Source: an uncultured Clostridia bacterium (GTDB lineage Bacteria > Bacillota > Clostridia > Christensenellales > UBA1242). From it: a stretch of DNA of 64,000 bases. Made by a program: the position numbers and the translations under genes. Below are positions 18,194 through 29,367 of this stretch, piece by piece (the first letter of the stretch is position 1; every line of letters begins with the position of its first letter). A model generated the notes under the pieces. The model saw only the letters and a program-made list of their open reading frames with translations. It was not told the origin of the DNA and did not search any database. The stretch covers positions 1 to 64,000 of the forward strand of contig CALWPI010000001.1 in NCBI GenBank assembly GCA_944383385.1, given 5' to 3'.

Positions 18194-18826
18194 ATGAAGA
18201 AGGCAATATTAGGTAAAAAACTCGGTATGACTCAAGTCTTCACAAATGAAGGATTGGTTGTCCCTGTTACTGTTATTGAAGCAGGTCCTTGCTATGTAGC
18301 ACAAGTCAAGACTGCTGAAAAAGATGGTTACAGTGCTGTTCAACTAGCATTTGGTGAAATAAGACAGTCATTACTAAACAATGCAAAACTTGGTTTATTC
18401 AAAAAAACCAATATCGAACCAAAGAAATACGTTCGTGAATTTAGACTCGACAATGCAGAATCTTACAATGTTGGCGATAAAGTAGAATGTTCTGTATTTG
18501 AAGAGGGCGATGTAGTCGATATTACAGGTACATCAAAAGGCCACGGTACAAGTGGTACAATCAAAAAATGGAATTTCCAAAGACACAGAATGAGTCACGG
18601 TAATGGTCCAAATCATAGACATCCAGGTTCTATCGGTGCAAATACATTCCCAGCAAAAGTATTCAAGGGAAAGAAAATGTACGGTAGATGGGGTAATGAA
18701 ACCGTTACTATGCAAAATCTAAAAGTTATCAAAGTTGATTTAGATAGGAATTTGATTTTGGTCAAGGGTGCTGTCCCAGGAGCAAAAGGTTCATTAGTTC
18801 TTATCAAAGATGCAGTCAAGGCATAG
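18194..18826 (+). CDS. rplC: 50S ribosomal protein L3
   Basis: Canonical L3 sequence and operon position. Confidence 0.95.
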   Translation: MKKAILGKKLGMTQVFTNEGLVVPVTVIEAGPCYVAQVKTAEKDGYSAVQLAFGEIRQSLLNNAKLGLFKKTNIEPKKYVREFRLDNAESYNVGDKVECSVFEEGDVVDITGTSKGHGTSGTIKKWNFQRHRMSHGNGPNHRHPGSIGANTFPAKVFKGKKMYGRWGNETVTMQNLKVIKVDLDRNLILVKGAVPGAKGSLVLIKDAVKA

Positions 18827-18847
18827 GAATAGGAGGAAATCATTGTT

Positions 18848-19471
18848 ATGGCAACAGTAAAAGTATATAACCAAAACGGCGAAGCTACTGGTAGCTTGAA
18901 ACTAAATGACAAAGTATTCGGTGTTGAATACAACGAGCCTTTGATTCACGAAGTTATAGTTGCTCAACTAGCAAACGCACGTCAAGGAACAAAGAGTGCT
19001 CTAACACGTTCAGAAGTTAGAGGACACGCAAAGAAACCTTGGAGACAAAAACATACTGGTCGTGCTCGTCATGGTTCTACAAAAGGACCACAATGGAGAG
19101 GTGGTGGTATCGTATTTGCACCAAAACCAAGAGATTTCTCAAAGAAAGTAAATAAGGAAGCAAAGAGAGTGGCTTTCCGTTCAGCAATTAGCGCAAAACT
19201 AAAAGACAAGAATTTGGTTGTTGTTGACGAACTAACAGTTGAGCCAAAGACCAAAGCTATGGTGAAGGTTATGGACGCATTGAAGCTAGATAAAACCGCA
19301 CTATTTGTAACAAATGGTCAAAACGAAAATGTTATTCGTGCAACAGGCAATATTCCTAATGCTGATGTGGTTACTAGTGATTTACTAAACGTGTATGACG
19401 TTGTCGTATGCGACAAACTAGTGCTCACAAAAGACGCTGTCAAATCTATCGAGGAGGCATATAAAGAATAA
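18848..19471 (+). CDS. rplD: 50S ribosomal protein L4
   Basis: Canonical L4 sequence and position. Confidence 0.95.
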   Translation: MATVKVYNQNGEATGSLKLNDKVFGVEYNEPLIHEVIVAQLANARQGTKSALTRSEVRGHAKKPWRQKHTGRARHGSTKGPQWRGGGIVFAPKPRDFSKKVNKEAKRVAFRSAISAKLKDKNLVVVDELTVEPKTKAMVKVMDALKLDKTALFVTNGQNENVIRATGNIPNADVVTSDLLNVYDVVVCDKLVLTKDAVKSIEEAYKE

Positions 19472-19761
19472 TGGAACATTTTGATATTATTATTCGTCCA
19501 ATCCTTACAGAAAAAACATACAACGATATTGCAAACAAAAGATATGTTTTTGAAGTAAAGTTGGATGCTAACAAAATAGAAATCAAAAACGCAATCGAAA
19601 AGATTTTTGGCGTTAAAGTAAAAAAGGTCAACACTGTTAGAGTAAATGGTAAATTCAAACAACAAGGCAGAACAAGTGGATATACCTCTGACTACAAAAA
19701 GGCAATCGTTACACTAACAAGTGACAGCAAAGCAATCGAATTTTTCGAGAGTTTAGCATAA
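19471..19761 (+). CDS. rplW: 50S ribosomal protein L23
   Basis: Canonical L23 sequence and position. Confidence 0.95.
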   Translation: MEHFDIIIRPILTEKTYNDIANKRYVFEVKLDANKIEIKNAIEKIFGVKVKKVNTVRVNGKFKQQGRTSGYTSDYKKAIVTLTSDSKAIEFFESLA

Positions 19762-19781
19762 AGATAAGGAGATAAGATATA

Positions 19782-20612
19782 ATGGCTATTAAAACATATA
19801 ATCCAACATCACCTTCTCGTCGTTTCTATACAACAATTCAAACTGGTGAGATTACAAAAAAATCTCCAGAAAAGTCACTTTTGGTAGAAAAGAAAAAGAG
19901 TGCTGGTAGAAACAATCAAGGTAAAATTACCGTTAGACACATTGGTGGTGGAAATAGAGTAAAGTATAGGGTTATTGATTTCAAGAGAAACAAAGACAAT
20001 ATCCCTGCAAAAGTAGTTGGTATTGAGTATGACCCAAATCGTACAGCAAATATCGCACTATTAAATTATGCCGATGGAGAAAAAAGATATATTCTTGCAC
20101 CTATGGGACTCAATGTAGGTGACACTGTTATGAGTGGTAAAGAAAATGTTGAGATAAAAGCAGGTAACTGCTTGCCTCTCAGCGAAATGCCTGTCGGTAT
20201 CGTTATCCACAATATTGAATTAAATCCTGGCAAGGGTGGACAATTGGTCCGTTCTGCTGGTATGGAAGCTCGTTTGATGGCAAAAGAAGGCAAATATGCT
20301 ACTATCAAAATGCCTAGTGGCGAGATGAGAATGGTACTTGGCACATGCCGTGCTACCGTTGGACAAGTAGGAAACCTAGAACACGAACTTATGACACTTG
20401 GTAAAGCTGGTCGTAAACGTCATATGGGAGTTCGCCCAACAACTCGTGGTGCTGTTATGAACCCTGTTGATCACCCACATGGTGGTGGTGAAGGTAAGAA
20501 CCCTGTCGGTCGTAAGTCACCAATGACACCTTGGGGTAAACCTGCTCTTGGTCTAAAAACTAGAAATAGTAAAAAGCATAGTAACAGATTGATTGTTACT
20601 CGTGCAAAGTAG
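19782..20612 (+). CDS. rplB: 50S ribosomal protein L2
   Basis: [14 protein letters not shown]...[14 protein letters not shown] is canonical L2. Confidence 0.95.
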   Translation: MAIKTYNPTSPSRRFYTTIQTGEITKKSPEKSLLVEKKKSAGRNNQGKITVRHIGGGNRVKYRVIDFKRNKDNIPAKVVGIEYDPNRTANIALLNYADGEKRYILAPMGLNVGDTVMSGKENVEIKAGNCLPLSEMPVGIVIHNIELNPGKGGQLVRSAGMEARLMAKEGKYATIKMPSGEMRMVLGTCRATVGQVGNLEHELMTLGKAGRKRHMGVRPTTRGAVMNPVDHPHGGGEGKNPVGRKSPMTPWGKPALGLKTRNSKKHSNRLIVTRAK

Positions 20613-20622
20613 GAGTTGAACT

Positions 20623-20904
20623 ATGAGTAGATCATTGAAGAAAAAGCCTTTTGTTGAAGAAAGACTATTTAATAGAATAAAAGAAATGAATGCTAGTGGT
20701 AAAAAACAAGTTGTAAAAACTTGGTCCAGAGCATCAACAATTTATCCAGAATTTGTTGGTCACACCATTGCTGTACATAACGGAATCAAACACATTCCAG
20801 TATATTGCACAACAGAAATGATTGGTCACAAATTAGGCGAATTTGCTCCAACCAGAACATTCAAAGGACACGCAGGAGACAAAGTTGCAAAAGCAACAAA
20901 ATAA
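20623..20904 (+). CDS. rpsS: 30S ribosomal protein S19
   Basis: [11 protein letters not shown]...HNG is canonical S19. Confidence 0.95.
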   Translation: MSRSLKKKPFVEERLFNRIKEMNASGKKQVVKTWSRASTIYPEFVGHTIAVHNGIKHIPVYCTTEMIGHKLGEFAPTRTFKGHAGDKVAKATK

Positions 20905-20917
20905 TTAGGAGGGGAAT

Positions 20918-21304
20918 ATGGCTAAAAGAGTAAGAGAAAAAACTGCAAATAGACAAGCAAACAAAGACACCCGTCCTAAAGCAACTGCAATGTATGTTAG
21001 AATGGGTTCTAGCAAAGCAAAGAGAATTCTTGACACAATTCGTGGAAAGAAATATTTAGAAGCTGTCGCTATTGTTGAAAATAGCACAAGTAGCAATGCT
21101 GATGCAGTACTAAAAGTACTAAATAGTGCAGCAGCAAACGCAGAACACAATCTTGGTATGAACAAAGACAATTTGTTTGTAGCAGAATGTTATGCAAATC
21201 AAGGTCCATCTTTCAAAAGAGCAATCTTTAGAGCAAAAGGTGGAGTTGACACAATTATTAAAAGGACTTGTCACATCACAATTATTCTTGATGTGGTCAA
21301 ATAA
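20918..21304 (+). CDS. rplV: 50S ribosomal protein L22 (short basic N-terminal extension)
   Basis: L22 core (AMYVRMGSSKAKRILDTIRGK...), position between rpsS and rpsC. Confidence 0.9.
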   Translation: MAKRVREKTANRQANKDTRPKATAMYVRMGSSKAKRILDTIRGKKYLEAVAIVENSTSSNADAVLKVLNSAAANAEHNLGMNKDNLFVAECYANQGPSFKRAIFRAKGGVDTIIKRTCHITIILDVVK

Positions 21305-21322
21305 AGTAAAGGAGAGTATCTA

Positions 21323-22006
21323 ATGGGACAAAAAGTTAGTCCACACGGACTTAGAGTTGGTGTGAATAAGGAATGGAGTTCTTCTTGGATTGCTAACAAG
21401 AAAGATACTTCCAAGTTTCTTATTGAAGACCACAAAATAAGAGAATCATTGAGAAAGAAATACGCATCATGTGGCATTTCTAAAATCACTATCGAAAGAA
21501 CAGACAATCGTTTGATAGTAGATATCTTCACAAGCCGTCCAGGTGTCCTAATTGGACAAAAGGGTGCTGGCATTGAAGACATCAAAAAGGTAATTGCAAA
21601 AAATACCGAACAAAAGAATGTAAGCGTCAACATCAAAGAGGTCAAAAAACCTGATTTAGATGCTGAATTGGTTGCTCAAAGTGTTGCTAGCCAACTCGAA
21701 AAGAGAATGAGTTTTAGAAGAGCAATGAAACAAGCAATGCAAAGAGTGATGAAGTCGGGTGCAAAAGGTTGCAAAATCATGGTTAGTGGTAGATTAGACG
21801 GAGCAGAAATTGCTCGTAGTGAACACTATCTTGAAGGTTGCCTACCTTTAACTACACTTAGAAGCGATATTGACTATGCAGCAGTTAATGCTCACACCAC
21901 ATTTGGTGTTATTGGAGTCAAGGTATGGATTTGCAAAGGTGAAATACTAGGCAAAAAAGCAAATGCTAACGTTCCTAGTCAATCTGAGCAAGGAGGTAAC
22001 AACTAA
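21323..22006 (+). CDS. rpsC: 30S ribosomal protein S3
   Basis: [14 protein letters not shown] is the canonical S3 N-terminus and KH domain. Confidence 0.95.
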   Translation: MGQKVSPHGLRVGVNKEWSSSWIANKKDTSKFLIEDHKIRESLRKKYASCGISKITIERTDNRLIVDIFTSRPGVLIGQKGAGIEDIKKVIAKNTEQKNVSVNIKEVKKPDLDAELVAQSVASQLEKRMSFRRAMKQAMQRVMKSGAKGCKIMVSGRLDGAEIARSEHYLEGCLPLTTLRSDIDYAAVNAHTTFGVIGVKVWICKGEILGKKANANVPSQSEQGGNN

Positions 22007-22008
22007 TT

Positions 22009-22449
22009 ATGTTAATGCCTAAAAGAGTTAAAAGGAGAAAGCAATTCCGTGGTCGTATGACAGGACGTGCAACTCGTGGTAACAAAATTGCTTATGGCGA
22101 TTTTGCATTAGTTGCAACTGAACCATGTTGGATGACTGGTAACCAAATCGAAGCTGCCAGAGTTGCAATATCTCGTTATACAAAAAGAGGGGGCAAGATG
22201 TGGATAAACGTCTTCCCAGACAAACCAGTTTCTAAAAAGCCTATCGGAACTCGTATGGGTAAAGGTAAAGGCGCACCAGAATACTGGGTAGCAGTGGTAA
22301 AGCCAGATAGAGTACTATTTGAAATTGCAGGAGTAACAGAAAGTGCTGCTCGTGAAGCACTAAGACTCGCAAGTCACAAGTTGCCATGCAAGACAAAGAT
22401 AGTTGCAAAGGCCGACCTTGCAAATAATGCAGAAGGTGGTAACGAATAA
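22009..22449 (+). CDS. rplP: 50S ribosomal protein L16
   Basis: [17 protein letters not shown] is canonical L16. Confidence 0.95.
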   Translation: MLMPKRVKRRKQFRGRMTGRATRGNKIAYGDFALVATEPCWMTGNQIEAARVAISRYTKRGGKMWINVFPDKPVSKKPIGTRMGKGKGAPEYWVAVVKPDRVLFEIAGVTESAAREALRLASHKLPCKTKIVAKADLANNAEGGNE

Positions 22450-22655
22450 TGAAAATAAAAGAATTAAGAGATATGACTAACGAAGAGTTGTCATCAAAGT
22501 TAAAAGCATTGAAACAAGAACTTTTGAATCTTCGTTTTTCAAATGCTACTGGTCAATTAGCTAACCCAATGCAAATAAACGTTTGCAAAAAAGATATCGC
22601 TAGGGTAAAAACTATTCTTACCGAGCGTGAAATGAAGAACAAAGGAAGGGCATAA
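22449..22655 (+). CDS. rpmC: 50S ribosomal protein L29
   Basis: [30 protein letters not shown] is canonical L29. Confidence 0.95.
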   Translation: MKIKELRDMTNEELSSKLKALKQELLNLRFSNATGQLANPMQINVCKKDIARVKTILTEREMKNKGRA

Positions 22656-22657
22656 TT

Positions 22658-22921
22658 ATGGAAAAAATCGAAAGAAATGACCGTCGTACTATGATAGGTA
22701 CAGTTGTGTCCGACAAAATGGACAAAACAATTGTTGTTGCAAAGGTATCTAACAAAAGACACCCTGTCTATGGCAAAGTTTATAAGTCCACAAAAAAATA
22801 CAAAGCCCATGACGAAAATAACGAATGCCATGTCGGTGATACTGTTGAACTAATGGAAACTAGACATCTAAGCAAAGACAAATATTACAGAGTAGTTCGT
22901 ATTATCGAAAGAGCAAAATAA
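22658..22921 (+). CDS. rpsQ: 30S ribosomal protein S17
   Basis: [19 protein letters not shown] is canonical S17. Confidence 0.95.
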   Translation: MEKIERNDRRTMIGTVVSDKMDKTIVVAKVSNKRHPVYGKVYKSTKKYKAHDENNECHVGDTVELMETRHLSKDKYYRVVRIIERAK

Positions 22922-22932
22922 GGAGTAAAAAT

Positions 22933-23301
22933 ATGATACAACCACAAACAATTCTAAAAGTTGCTGATAACAGTGGTGCAAAGACCATTATGTGTATTAG
23001 AGTACTTGGTGGTTCATTTAGAAGAAGCGGTAATATTGGTGATGTTATTGTTGCATCAGTCAAGACTGCTACTCCTGGTGGCACTGTTAAAAAAGGCGAT
23101 GTAGTCAAAGCAGTTATTGTTCGTAGTGTTAGAGGAGTGTCCCGTCCAGACGGTTCAACACTTCGTTTTGACGAAAATGCTGCAGTTATTATTGATAATC
23201 AAAAACAACCAAAAGGTACAAGAATATTTGGACCTGTTGCAAGAGAACTTCGTGACAAAGGATTTATGAAGATTATTTCTCTTGCCCCAGAAGTATTATA
23301 A
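22933..23301 (+). CDS. rplN: 50S ribosomal protein L14
   Basis: [17 protein letters not shown] is canonical L14. Confidence 0.95.
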   Translation: MIQPQTILKVADNSGAKTIMCIRVLGGSFRRSGNIGDVIVASVKTATPGGTVKKGDVVKAVIVRSVRGVSRPDGSTLRFDENAAVIIDNQKQPKGTRIFGPVARELRDKGFMKIISLAPEVL

Positions 23302-23314
23302 GGAGGAATAGACA

Positions 23315-23830
23315 ATGAAATTACATGTTAGAAAAGGCGATACAGTTGTTGTTATTGCTGGTAAAGACAAAGGCAAAACAGGTAAAGTTCTTACTGCTAT
23401 TCCAAGTGATAATGCTGTTGTGGTCGAGGGAGTTAATATCATTTCTCGTCACAAGAAACCTAGAAATGCACAAGACAAAGGTGGCATTATGAAAGCAGAG
23501 GGCAAGATTAGTGCAAGCAATGTACAAATCATCTGTCCAGTCTGTGGAAAAGCAACAAGAGTTGCAAATACCATTATTGACAGCAAGAAAACTCGTACTT
23601 GTAAAAAATGTGGTGCAAGTTTGGACGTAGCAACTAAAAAGGCTACAAAGAAAACTGCTACAAAAACCGTAAAAACAGAAAAAGCAGAAAAGACAGAAAA
23701 ACCTGCAAAAACAACAGCAAAGACAACTACAAAGAAGACTGCTGTCAAAGATACAACAAAAACAAAAAAAGCAGCTACAAAAACAACAAGTGTAGCAAAA
23801 TCAACTAGGAGGGTAGCAAGCAATGGCTAA
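23315..23830 (+). CDS. rplX: 50S ribosomal protein L24 with CxxC...CxxC insertion and ~65-aa Lys/Thr/Ala-rich C-terminal extension (171 aa vs ~103 typical)
   Basis: The KOW N-terminus [25 protein letters not shown] is canonical. C74/C77/C96/C99 flank the conserved GKATRV segment. The tail is [39 protein letters not shown].... The gene overlaps the rplE start. Confidence 0.9.
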   Translation: MKLHVRKGDTVVVIAGKDKGKTGKVLTAIPSDNAVVVEGVNIISRHKKPRNAQDKGGIMKAEGKISASNVQIICPVCGKATRVANTIIDSKKTRTCKKCGASLDVATKKATKKTATKTVKTEKAEKTEKPAKTTAKTTTKKTAVKDTTKTKKAATKTTSVAKSTRRVASNG

Positions 23831-24374
23831 GAAAGATAATAGACTATATATCCATTATGTCAATGATGTTGTCCCTGCTATGATGAAACAATATGGATAC
23901 AAAAACAAAATGCAAGTCCCACAAATTGAAAAAATTGTTGTCAATCGTGGACTTGGCGACTGCAAAGGAAATTCACAATCATTCAACAAGGCTGTGGACG
24001 AATTAGCAGCAATCACTGGTCAAAAACCATTAGTTACAACTGCAAAAAAATCTATCGCTAACTTCAAACTAAGAGATGGCGAAAAAATCGGCGCAAAAGT
24101 AACTTTACGTGGTGAGACAATGTACGAATTTTTGGACAAACTCATCAATATAGCTTTGCCACGTACACGTGACTTCCAAGGTATTAGTCCAAAGTCATTT
24201 GACGGCAGAGGAAACTATGCTTTGGGACTAAAAGAGCAATTGATGTTCCCAGAAATTTCTTATGAAAAAATTGAAAAAATTCGTGGTATGGATGTCATTA
24301 TCGTTACCACTGCAAAAACTGATGAGGAAGCTAGAACTATGCTTGATTTGCTAGGTCTACCTTTCAAGAAGTAA
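23823..24374 (+). CDS. rplE: 50S ribosomal protein L5
   Basis: Canonical L5 sequence and position. Confidence 0.95.
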   Translation: MAKKDNRLYIHYVNDVVPAMMKQYGYKNKMQVPQIEKIVVNRGLGDCKGNSQSFNKAVDELAAITGQKPLVTTAKKSIANFKLRDGEKIGAKVTLRGETMYEFLDKLINIALPRTRDFQGISPKSFDGRGNYALGLKEQLMFPEISYEKIEKIRGMDVIIVTTAKTDEEARTMLDLLGLPFKK

Positions 24375-24384
24375 GGGGGCATGT

Positions 24385-24570
24385 ATGGCACGTACAGCGT
24401 TAAAAGTTAAACAACAAAGAAAACAAAAATTTTCTACCAGAGAATACACACGTTGCAAGATTTGTGGACGTCCACATAGCGTTCTCAAAAAATATGGCAT
24501 TTGCCGTATATGTTTTAGAGAACTAGCATACAAAGGTGAAATCCCTGGTGTTAGAAAGTCAAGTTGGTAA
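24385..24570 (+). CDS. rpsZ: 30S ribosomal protein S14 type Z (zinc-binding, 61 aa)
   Basis: [33 protein letters not shown] is the C4 zinc form. Confidence 0.95.
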   Translation: MARTALKVKQQRKQKFSTREYTRCKICGRPHSVLKKYGICRICFRELAYKGEIPGVRKSSW

Positions 24571-24584
24571 GAGGAGGTATTATA

Positions 24585-24983
24585 ATGTTTGTTACAGATC
24601 CAATAGCAGATATGCTTACAAGGATGCGAAATGCTCTAACAGCAAAGCACGAAAATGTTACCATACCTGCTTCTAAAATGAAAATCGCTATTGCTGAACT
24701 ACTTAAAAATGAAGGCTATATTGCTGAATATACAGTAGAAGGCGAAAGCACAAAACAAAATATTGTTGTCACATTCAAATTTGGTGAGAACAATGAAAAA
24801 GTCATTAATGGACTAAAAAGAATCAGCAAACCAGGACTAAGAATTTATGCTGGTTATGAAGATTTACCAAAAGTATTAAATGGATTAGGTATTGCTATTA
24901 TTTCAACAAGCAAGGGCCTAATGACAGATAAGCAAGCTCGCGAAAATAAAATCGGTGGCGAAGTCCTTGCTTATGTGTGGTAG
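24585..24983 (+). CDS. rpsH: 30S ribosomal protein S8
   Basis: GAGGAGG RBS then ATG at 24585. [17 protein letters not shown] is canonical S8. The track ORF start at 24564 is upstream of the RBS. Confidence 0.9.
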   Translation: MFVTDPIADMLTRMRNALTAKHENVTIPASKMKIAIAELLKNEGYIAEYTVEGESTKQNIVVTFKFGENNEKVINGLKRISKPGLRIYAGYEDLPKVLNGLGIAIISTSKGLMTDKQARENKIGGEVLAYVW

Positions 24984-24993
24984 GAGGTGTCAT

Positions 24994-25524
24994 ATGTCAA
25001 GAATTGGAAGACAACCTATCGCTATACCAAATGGTGTAAATGTGAGTTGTGTTGACCAAGTAGTTACAGTTACTGGACCACTTGGAACACTAACAAGAAA
25101 GATTGATAATCACATTAAATGTGAAGTAAAAGATGGTCATGTTTATTTGACTCGTGATAACGATAATTATAAAGCATACCACGGACTATATCGTCAATTG
25201 GTCAACAATATGATTATTGGTGTTACAAAGGGATATACAAAGAAATTGAACATAAACGGTATCGGTTACAAACTTGTTCAACAAGGTAACGATATTTCAA
25301 TGTCAGTTGGTTTCTCACATCCAGTTGTAGTCAAAGCAGTCGATGGAATCAAATTGACTTGCGACAAAACCGAAATTGTTGTATCAGGAATCGATAAAGA
25401 ACTTGTTGGCAAGTTCGCATCAAATATCAGAGATATCAGACCTGTCGAACCTTATCATGGATATGGCATTAGTTATGCTGATGAAGTCGTCTATAGAAAA
25501 GAAGTCAAGTCAGGTAAGAAATAA
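24994..25524 (+). CDS. rplF: 50S ribosomal protein L6
   Basis: TAGGAGG RBS then ATG at 24994. MSRIGRQPIAIPNGV is canonical L6. Confidence 0.9.
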   Translation: MSRIGRQPIAIPNGVNVSCVDQVVTVTGPLGTLTRKIDNHIKCEVKDGHVYLTRDNDNYKAYHGLYRQLVNNMIIGVTKGYTKKLNINGIGYKLVQQGNDISMSVGFSHPVVVKAVDGIKLTCDKTEIVVSGIDKELVGKFASNIRDIRPVEPYHGYGISYADEVVYRKEVKSGKK

Positions 25525-25536
25525 GGGGTATAAATT

Positions 25537-25905
25537 ATGATTAAGAAGGAAAATAAGAATTTGTCTAGAAAAGGCCGTTCTATTAGAGTTAGAAGAAAGG
25601 TCTCTGGAACAGCTGACAGACCTAGACTCAATGTATATCGTAGTCTAAACAACATTTATGCTCAACTTATTGATGATGTAAATGGTGTTACCCTTGCAAG
25701 CGCTTCTACACTTGATAAAGATGTAGTCGCTAATATTGAAGGAAAAAATAAAAAAGAGGCTGCTTTTGTGGTTGGTGAAACAATTGCAAAACTTGCAAAG
25801 AAAAAGGGTATCAAATCTGTTGTTTTTGACAGAGCAGGATATCTATACACAGGAAGAGTACAATCTTTAGCTGACGGTGCAAGAAAAGCAGGCTTGGAAT
25901 TTTAA
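25537..25905 (+). CDS. rplR: 50S ribosomal protein L18
   Basis: Canonical L18 C-terminus ([25 protein letters not shown]). Confidence 0.95.
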   Translation: MIKKENKNLSRKGRSIRVRRKVSGTADRPRLNVYRSLNNIYAQLIDDVNGVTLASASTLDKDVVANIEGKNKKEAAFVVGETIAKLAKKKGIKSVVFDRAGYLYTGRVQSLADGARKAGLEF

Positions 25906-25915
25906 GGGGTGAAAG

Positions 25916-26476
25916 ATGCAAAATACTGAAAATAGAAAACCTGAGAATAAAAAAGCAGAAAATAGAAAACCAAGATTCGAAAAAAGACCAGCAAAAGTTG
26001 ATGATGGTCTTGATAAGAAACTTGTAGAAGTCAACCGTGTTACAAAGGTTGTTAAAGGTGGTCGTACAATGAGATTTGCTGCTCTTGTCGTTGTTGGTGA
26101 TAGACATGGCAAGATTGGTATGGGAACAGGTAAGGCTGCAGAAGTACCAAGCGCAATCGAAAAGGCTACACAAGCTGCAAAGAAAAATATGATTACTGTC
26201 GCTCTTGATGGACAAACAATTCCACACGACATTATTGGTCGTTACGGCAAAAGTAGTGTCAAACTACTTCCATCAACAGAAGGTTCAGGAGTCATTGCAG
26301 GAGGTTCTGTCCGTCCTGTTGTTGAACTTTGCGGAATCAAAGATATAACAGCAAAAGTGTATGGTTCTAGAAGCAAAATCAATTGCGTAAGAGCAACTTT
26401 TGATGGATTATCAAAACTACAAACTGCTGAAACAATCGCAAAATTGCGTGGAAAAACAGTAGAGGAAATTAGATAA
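25916..26476 (+). CDS. rpsE: 30S ribosomal protein S5
   Basis: [27 protein letters not shown] is canonical S5, with a short basic N-terminal leader. Confidence 0.95.
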   Translation: MQNTENRKPENKKAENRKPRFEKRPAKVDDGLDKKLVEVNRVTKVVKGGRTMRFAALVVVGDRHGKIGMGTGKAAEVPSAIEKATQAAKKNMITVALDGQTIPHDIIGRYGKSSVKLLPSTEGSGVIAGGSVRPVVELCGIKDITAKVYGSRSKINCVRATFDGLSKLQTAETIAKLRGKTVEEIR

Positions 26477-26486
26477 GGGGTGCATT

Positions 26487-26921
26487 ATGGCAGAAACAAA
26501 GAAAACAACAAAAACAACTGCAACTTCTAAAAATACTAGCACCAAAGCAACTGCAACAAAGACAACAAAGTCAACAGCTGCAAAATCAACAACTGCTAAA
26601 AAGACAACAGCAAAGGCAGTTGCACCAAAAGCAGTAGAAAATACTGCTACTAAAACTGTTGCAAAAGCAACAACTACCAAAAAAGCAACAACAGTTGCTC
26701 CAAAGGAAAGCGTTGCTCCTGCAAAAGCAAAGGCTGAACCTAAGAAGACAATTCGTGTTACTCTAATCAAGAGTACTATTGGTTTCAACAAGAATCAAGC
26801 CAAAGTTGTAAGGTCACTAGGACTAAATAAATTACATTCTACTAACGTAATTGCTGACAATGCATGTACTCGTGGTATGATTGCAAAAATCAGTCATTTG
26901 CTAAAAGTAGAAGAGATGTAG
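26487..26921 (+). CDS. rpmD: 50S ribosomal protein L30 with ~85-aa Lys/Thr/Ala-rich N-terminal extension (144 aa vs ~60 typical)
   Basis: The L30 core IRVTLIKSTIGFNKNQAKVVRSLGLNKL...TRGMIAKISHLLKVEE starts at residue ~87. Upstream is TTKTTATSKNTSTKATATKTTKSTAAKSTTAKKTTAK.... AAGGGG RBS. There is no internal in-frame start codon. Confidence 0.85.
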   Translation: MAETKKTTKTTATSKNTSTKATATKTTKSTAAKSTTAKKTTAKAVAPKAVENTATKTVAKATTTKKATTVAPKESVAPAKAKAEPKKTIRVTLIKSTIGFNKNQAKVVRSLGLNKLHSTNVIADNACTRGMIAKISHLLKVEEM

Positions 26922-26930
26922 GAGAATAAT

Positions 26931-27377
26931 ATGAAATTACATGAATTAACTCCAGCAAAGAACAGCAAGCGTCCTGCTAAAAGACTTGGCAGAGGCATTG
27001 GCTCTGGTCTTGGCAAAACAAGTGGTAAAGGTATGAAAGGTCAAAACGCTCGTAGTGGTGGTGGCGTTCGTATCGGTTTTGAGGGAGGACAAATGCCTCT
27101 TGACCGTAGACTACCAAAAAGAGGTTTTAACAATTACAATTTTAGAAAAGAATATAACGTAGTAAATGTAGGTGATCTTAGCATATTCAACAATAACACT
27201 GTTGTTACAGTTGAACTACTAAAAGAGAAAAATATGATAAGCAAGATTGCTCCATATGGACTAAAAGTGCTAGGAAACGGCACATTAGATAAAACTCTAA
27301 CAGTAAAGGCTGCTAAGTTCTCTGACTCTGCTATCAAGAAGATAAATGAGGCTGGTGGCAAAGTAGAGGTGCTATAA
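26931..27377 (+). CDS. rplO: 50S ribosomal protein L15
   Basis: [34 protein letters not shown] is canonical L15. Confidence 0.95.
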   Translation: MKLHELTPAKNSKRPAKRLGRGIGSGLGKTSGKGMKGQNARSGGGVRIGFEGGQMPLDRRLPKRGFNNYNFRKEYNVVNVGDLSIFNNNTVVTVELLKEKNMISKIAPYGLKVLGNGTLDKTLTVKAAKFSDSAIKKINEAGGKVEVL

Positions 27378-28675
27378 TGTTTAAGACACTTATAGAGGCT
27401 TTCAAGATAAAAGATTTAAGGAAAAAGATTTTTCTTACCCTTGGTCTTTTGCTTGTTTATAGATTAGGATGTTGGATACCTTGTCCAGGACTAAATATCG
27501 AATCATTTAGTCAAATATCAAGTGATGGATTTATGGGACTGCTCAGTTCTATATCAGGTGGAGCACTTGCAAACGGCTCTATCCTTGCACTTGGTATATC
27601 TCCATATATTAGTGCGACAATTATTGTTCAATTGCTCACTATTGCAATTCCAAGTTGGGAAAGACTAGCGCGTGATGGTGGAGATGAAGGAAGAAAAAGA
27701 ATAGCATTATACAACAAAATATGTGCACTCATTCTTTCAATCATTCAAGCTGTTGCAATTGTGCTGTCATTCCAAAATGTGCTTAACACACATATGTTTG
27801 GATTTAGTGCACCAGAATGGGTAGTTGGTATGTTTGTCGTCATTATCCTTGTTGCAGGTTCAATGTTCACATATTGGATTGGTGACAAGATAACACAAAT
27901 TGGTGTTAGCCAAGGTGTGTCACTACTAATATTTGTTGGTATCCTATCAACAGCAAGCAATTCCATTTTGGAAACAATCGTTGATATATTCAATGGTAAT
28001 ATTGATGGGGTGTGGACATTACTCATATTCCTTGCTGCACTTCTTGTCGTGTTTGCATTTATTGTTTGGATTGACCTTGCAGAACGCAAAGTTCCAGTAC
28101 AATATGCAAAACAAATCAAAGGCAGAAAGATGTATGGTGGTCAAAACACACATATTCCTATCAAAATCAATGCAACAGGTGTTATGCCAATCATATTTGC
28201 AACAACTATTTTGAGTTTCCCACAACTTATTATGAGTATGTTCTGGCCAAATAGTGGTGCATATGAATGGTACTCACAATATATGGGTGCTGGTAGTTGG
28301 GCATATCTATGTGTTGCAGCACTTCTAATTTTGTTCTTCTCATATTTCTGGGCACAAGTGCAATTCAACCCAGATGATGTTTCAAGAAATATTCAACAAA
28401 ATGGTGGATTCATTCCAGGTATTCGTCCAGGAAAACCTACAAGTGATTATCTCAAAAAGATATCCAATCGTATGACACTATTTGGAGCAATATTCTTGAC
28501 ATTTGTGTTCATCGTACCAAGTTTGGTATTCAAGGGCGTGGGTAGCAGTGATAGTTTGGTCAATGCATTCAGCACTACTGGACTATTGATTGTTGTCAGT
28601 GTAGCAATAGAAATTGATAAACAACTAAATGCTCAAATGATGATGAGAAGTTACAAAGGTTTCTTAAATAAATAG
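27377..28675 (+). CDS. secY: Preprotein translocase subunit SecY
   Basis: 432 aa, 10 TM segments, position between rplO and adk. Confidence 0.95.
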   Translation: MFKTLIEAFKIKDLRKKIFLTLGLLLVYRLGCWIPCPGLNIESFSQISSDGFMGLLSSISGGALANGSILALGISPYISATIIVQLLTIAIPSWERLARDGGDEGRKRIALYNKICALILSIIQAVAIVLSFQNVLNTHMFGFSAPEWVVGMFVVIILVAGSMFTYWIGDKITQIGVSQGVSLLIFVGILSTASNSILETIVDIFNGNIDGVWTLLIFLAALLVVFAFIVWIDLAERKVPVQYAKQIKGRKMYGGQNTHIPIKINATGVMPIIFATTILSFPQLIMSMFWPNSGAYEWYSQYMGAGSWAYLCVAALLILFFSYFWAQVQFNPDDVSRNIQQNGGFIPGIRPGKPTSDYLKKISNRMTLFGAIFLTFVFIVPSLVFKGVGSSDSLVNAFSTTGLLIVVSVAIEIDKQLNAQMMMRSYKGFLNK

Positions 28676-28746
28676 TATCGTATAATTGCAAAATATCGCT
28701 AAATATTGTATAATATTAGGTGATATTAGGTGAAAATCGAGGTTAA

Positions 28747-29367
28747 ATGAAAATTGTATTGTTAGGTGCACCAGGGTGCGGTAAAGGTACACAATCTGCT
28801 ATTATTAGCAAAGATTATGGTATTCCACAAATATCGACGGGAGATTTGTTCCGTAACGCTATGAGTAATAAAACTGCTCTTGGTGTGCTTGCAAAACAAT
28901 ATATTGACAAAGGTCAATTAGTTCCAGATGACGTTACAATCAATCTTGTAAAAGATAGGCTAAATAATAGTGATTGTAAAAATGGATTTATTTTAGACGG
29001 GTTTCCTCGAACAATCAACCAGGCGCGAGAACTTGATAAGATTGCAAATATAGACAAAGTAATTTATTTTGATATAGATTACAAAATATTAGAAAAACGA
29101 ATCGAATCTAGATTAGTGTGTAAGGATTGTAAGTTTACAACAACTAATAATCACTCTGTGTGTCCAAGATGTGGGGGCGAACTCACAAAAAGGGCAGATG
29201 ATAATGTTGATGTGCTTCGAGCAAGACTTGTTGCATATGACAAAGAGACATTACCACTAAAAGATTATTATAAAAAACAAAACAAATTATTTGTTGTCAA
29301 TGCGTCAAATAGTGTACAAGAAGTAAATTCTGCTATTTGTAACATTATAGGTGATATTGATGATTAA
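28747..29367 (+). CDS. adk: Adenylate kinase (Cys4 zinc LID)
   Basis: P-loop GAPGCGKGTQ, plus CKDCKF...CPRCGG. Confidence 0.95.
   Translation: MKIVLLGAPGCGKGTQSAIISKDYGIPQISTGDLFRNAMSNKTALGVLAKQYIDKGQLVPDDVTINLVKDRLNNSDCKNGFILDGFPRTINQARELDKIANIDKVIYFDIDYKILEKRIESRLVCKDCKFTTTNNHSVCPRCGGELTKRADDNVDVLRARLVAYDKETLPLKDYYKKQNKLFVVNASNSVQEVNSAICNIIGDIDD

Noticed and set aside
23449-23823. 124-aa minus-strand ORF ([20 protein letters not shown]...)
   Set aside because: It is an antisense shadow of the low-complexity Lys/Thr/Ala codon repeats in the rplX tail. It has no RBS and is hydrophobic by complementarity only. The 26417-26791 minus ORF opposite the rpmD extension is rejected for the same reason.
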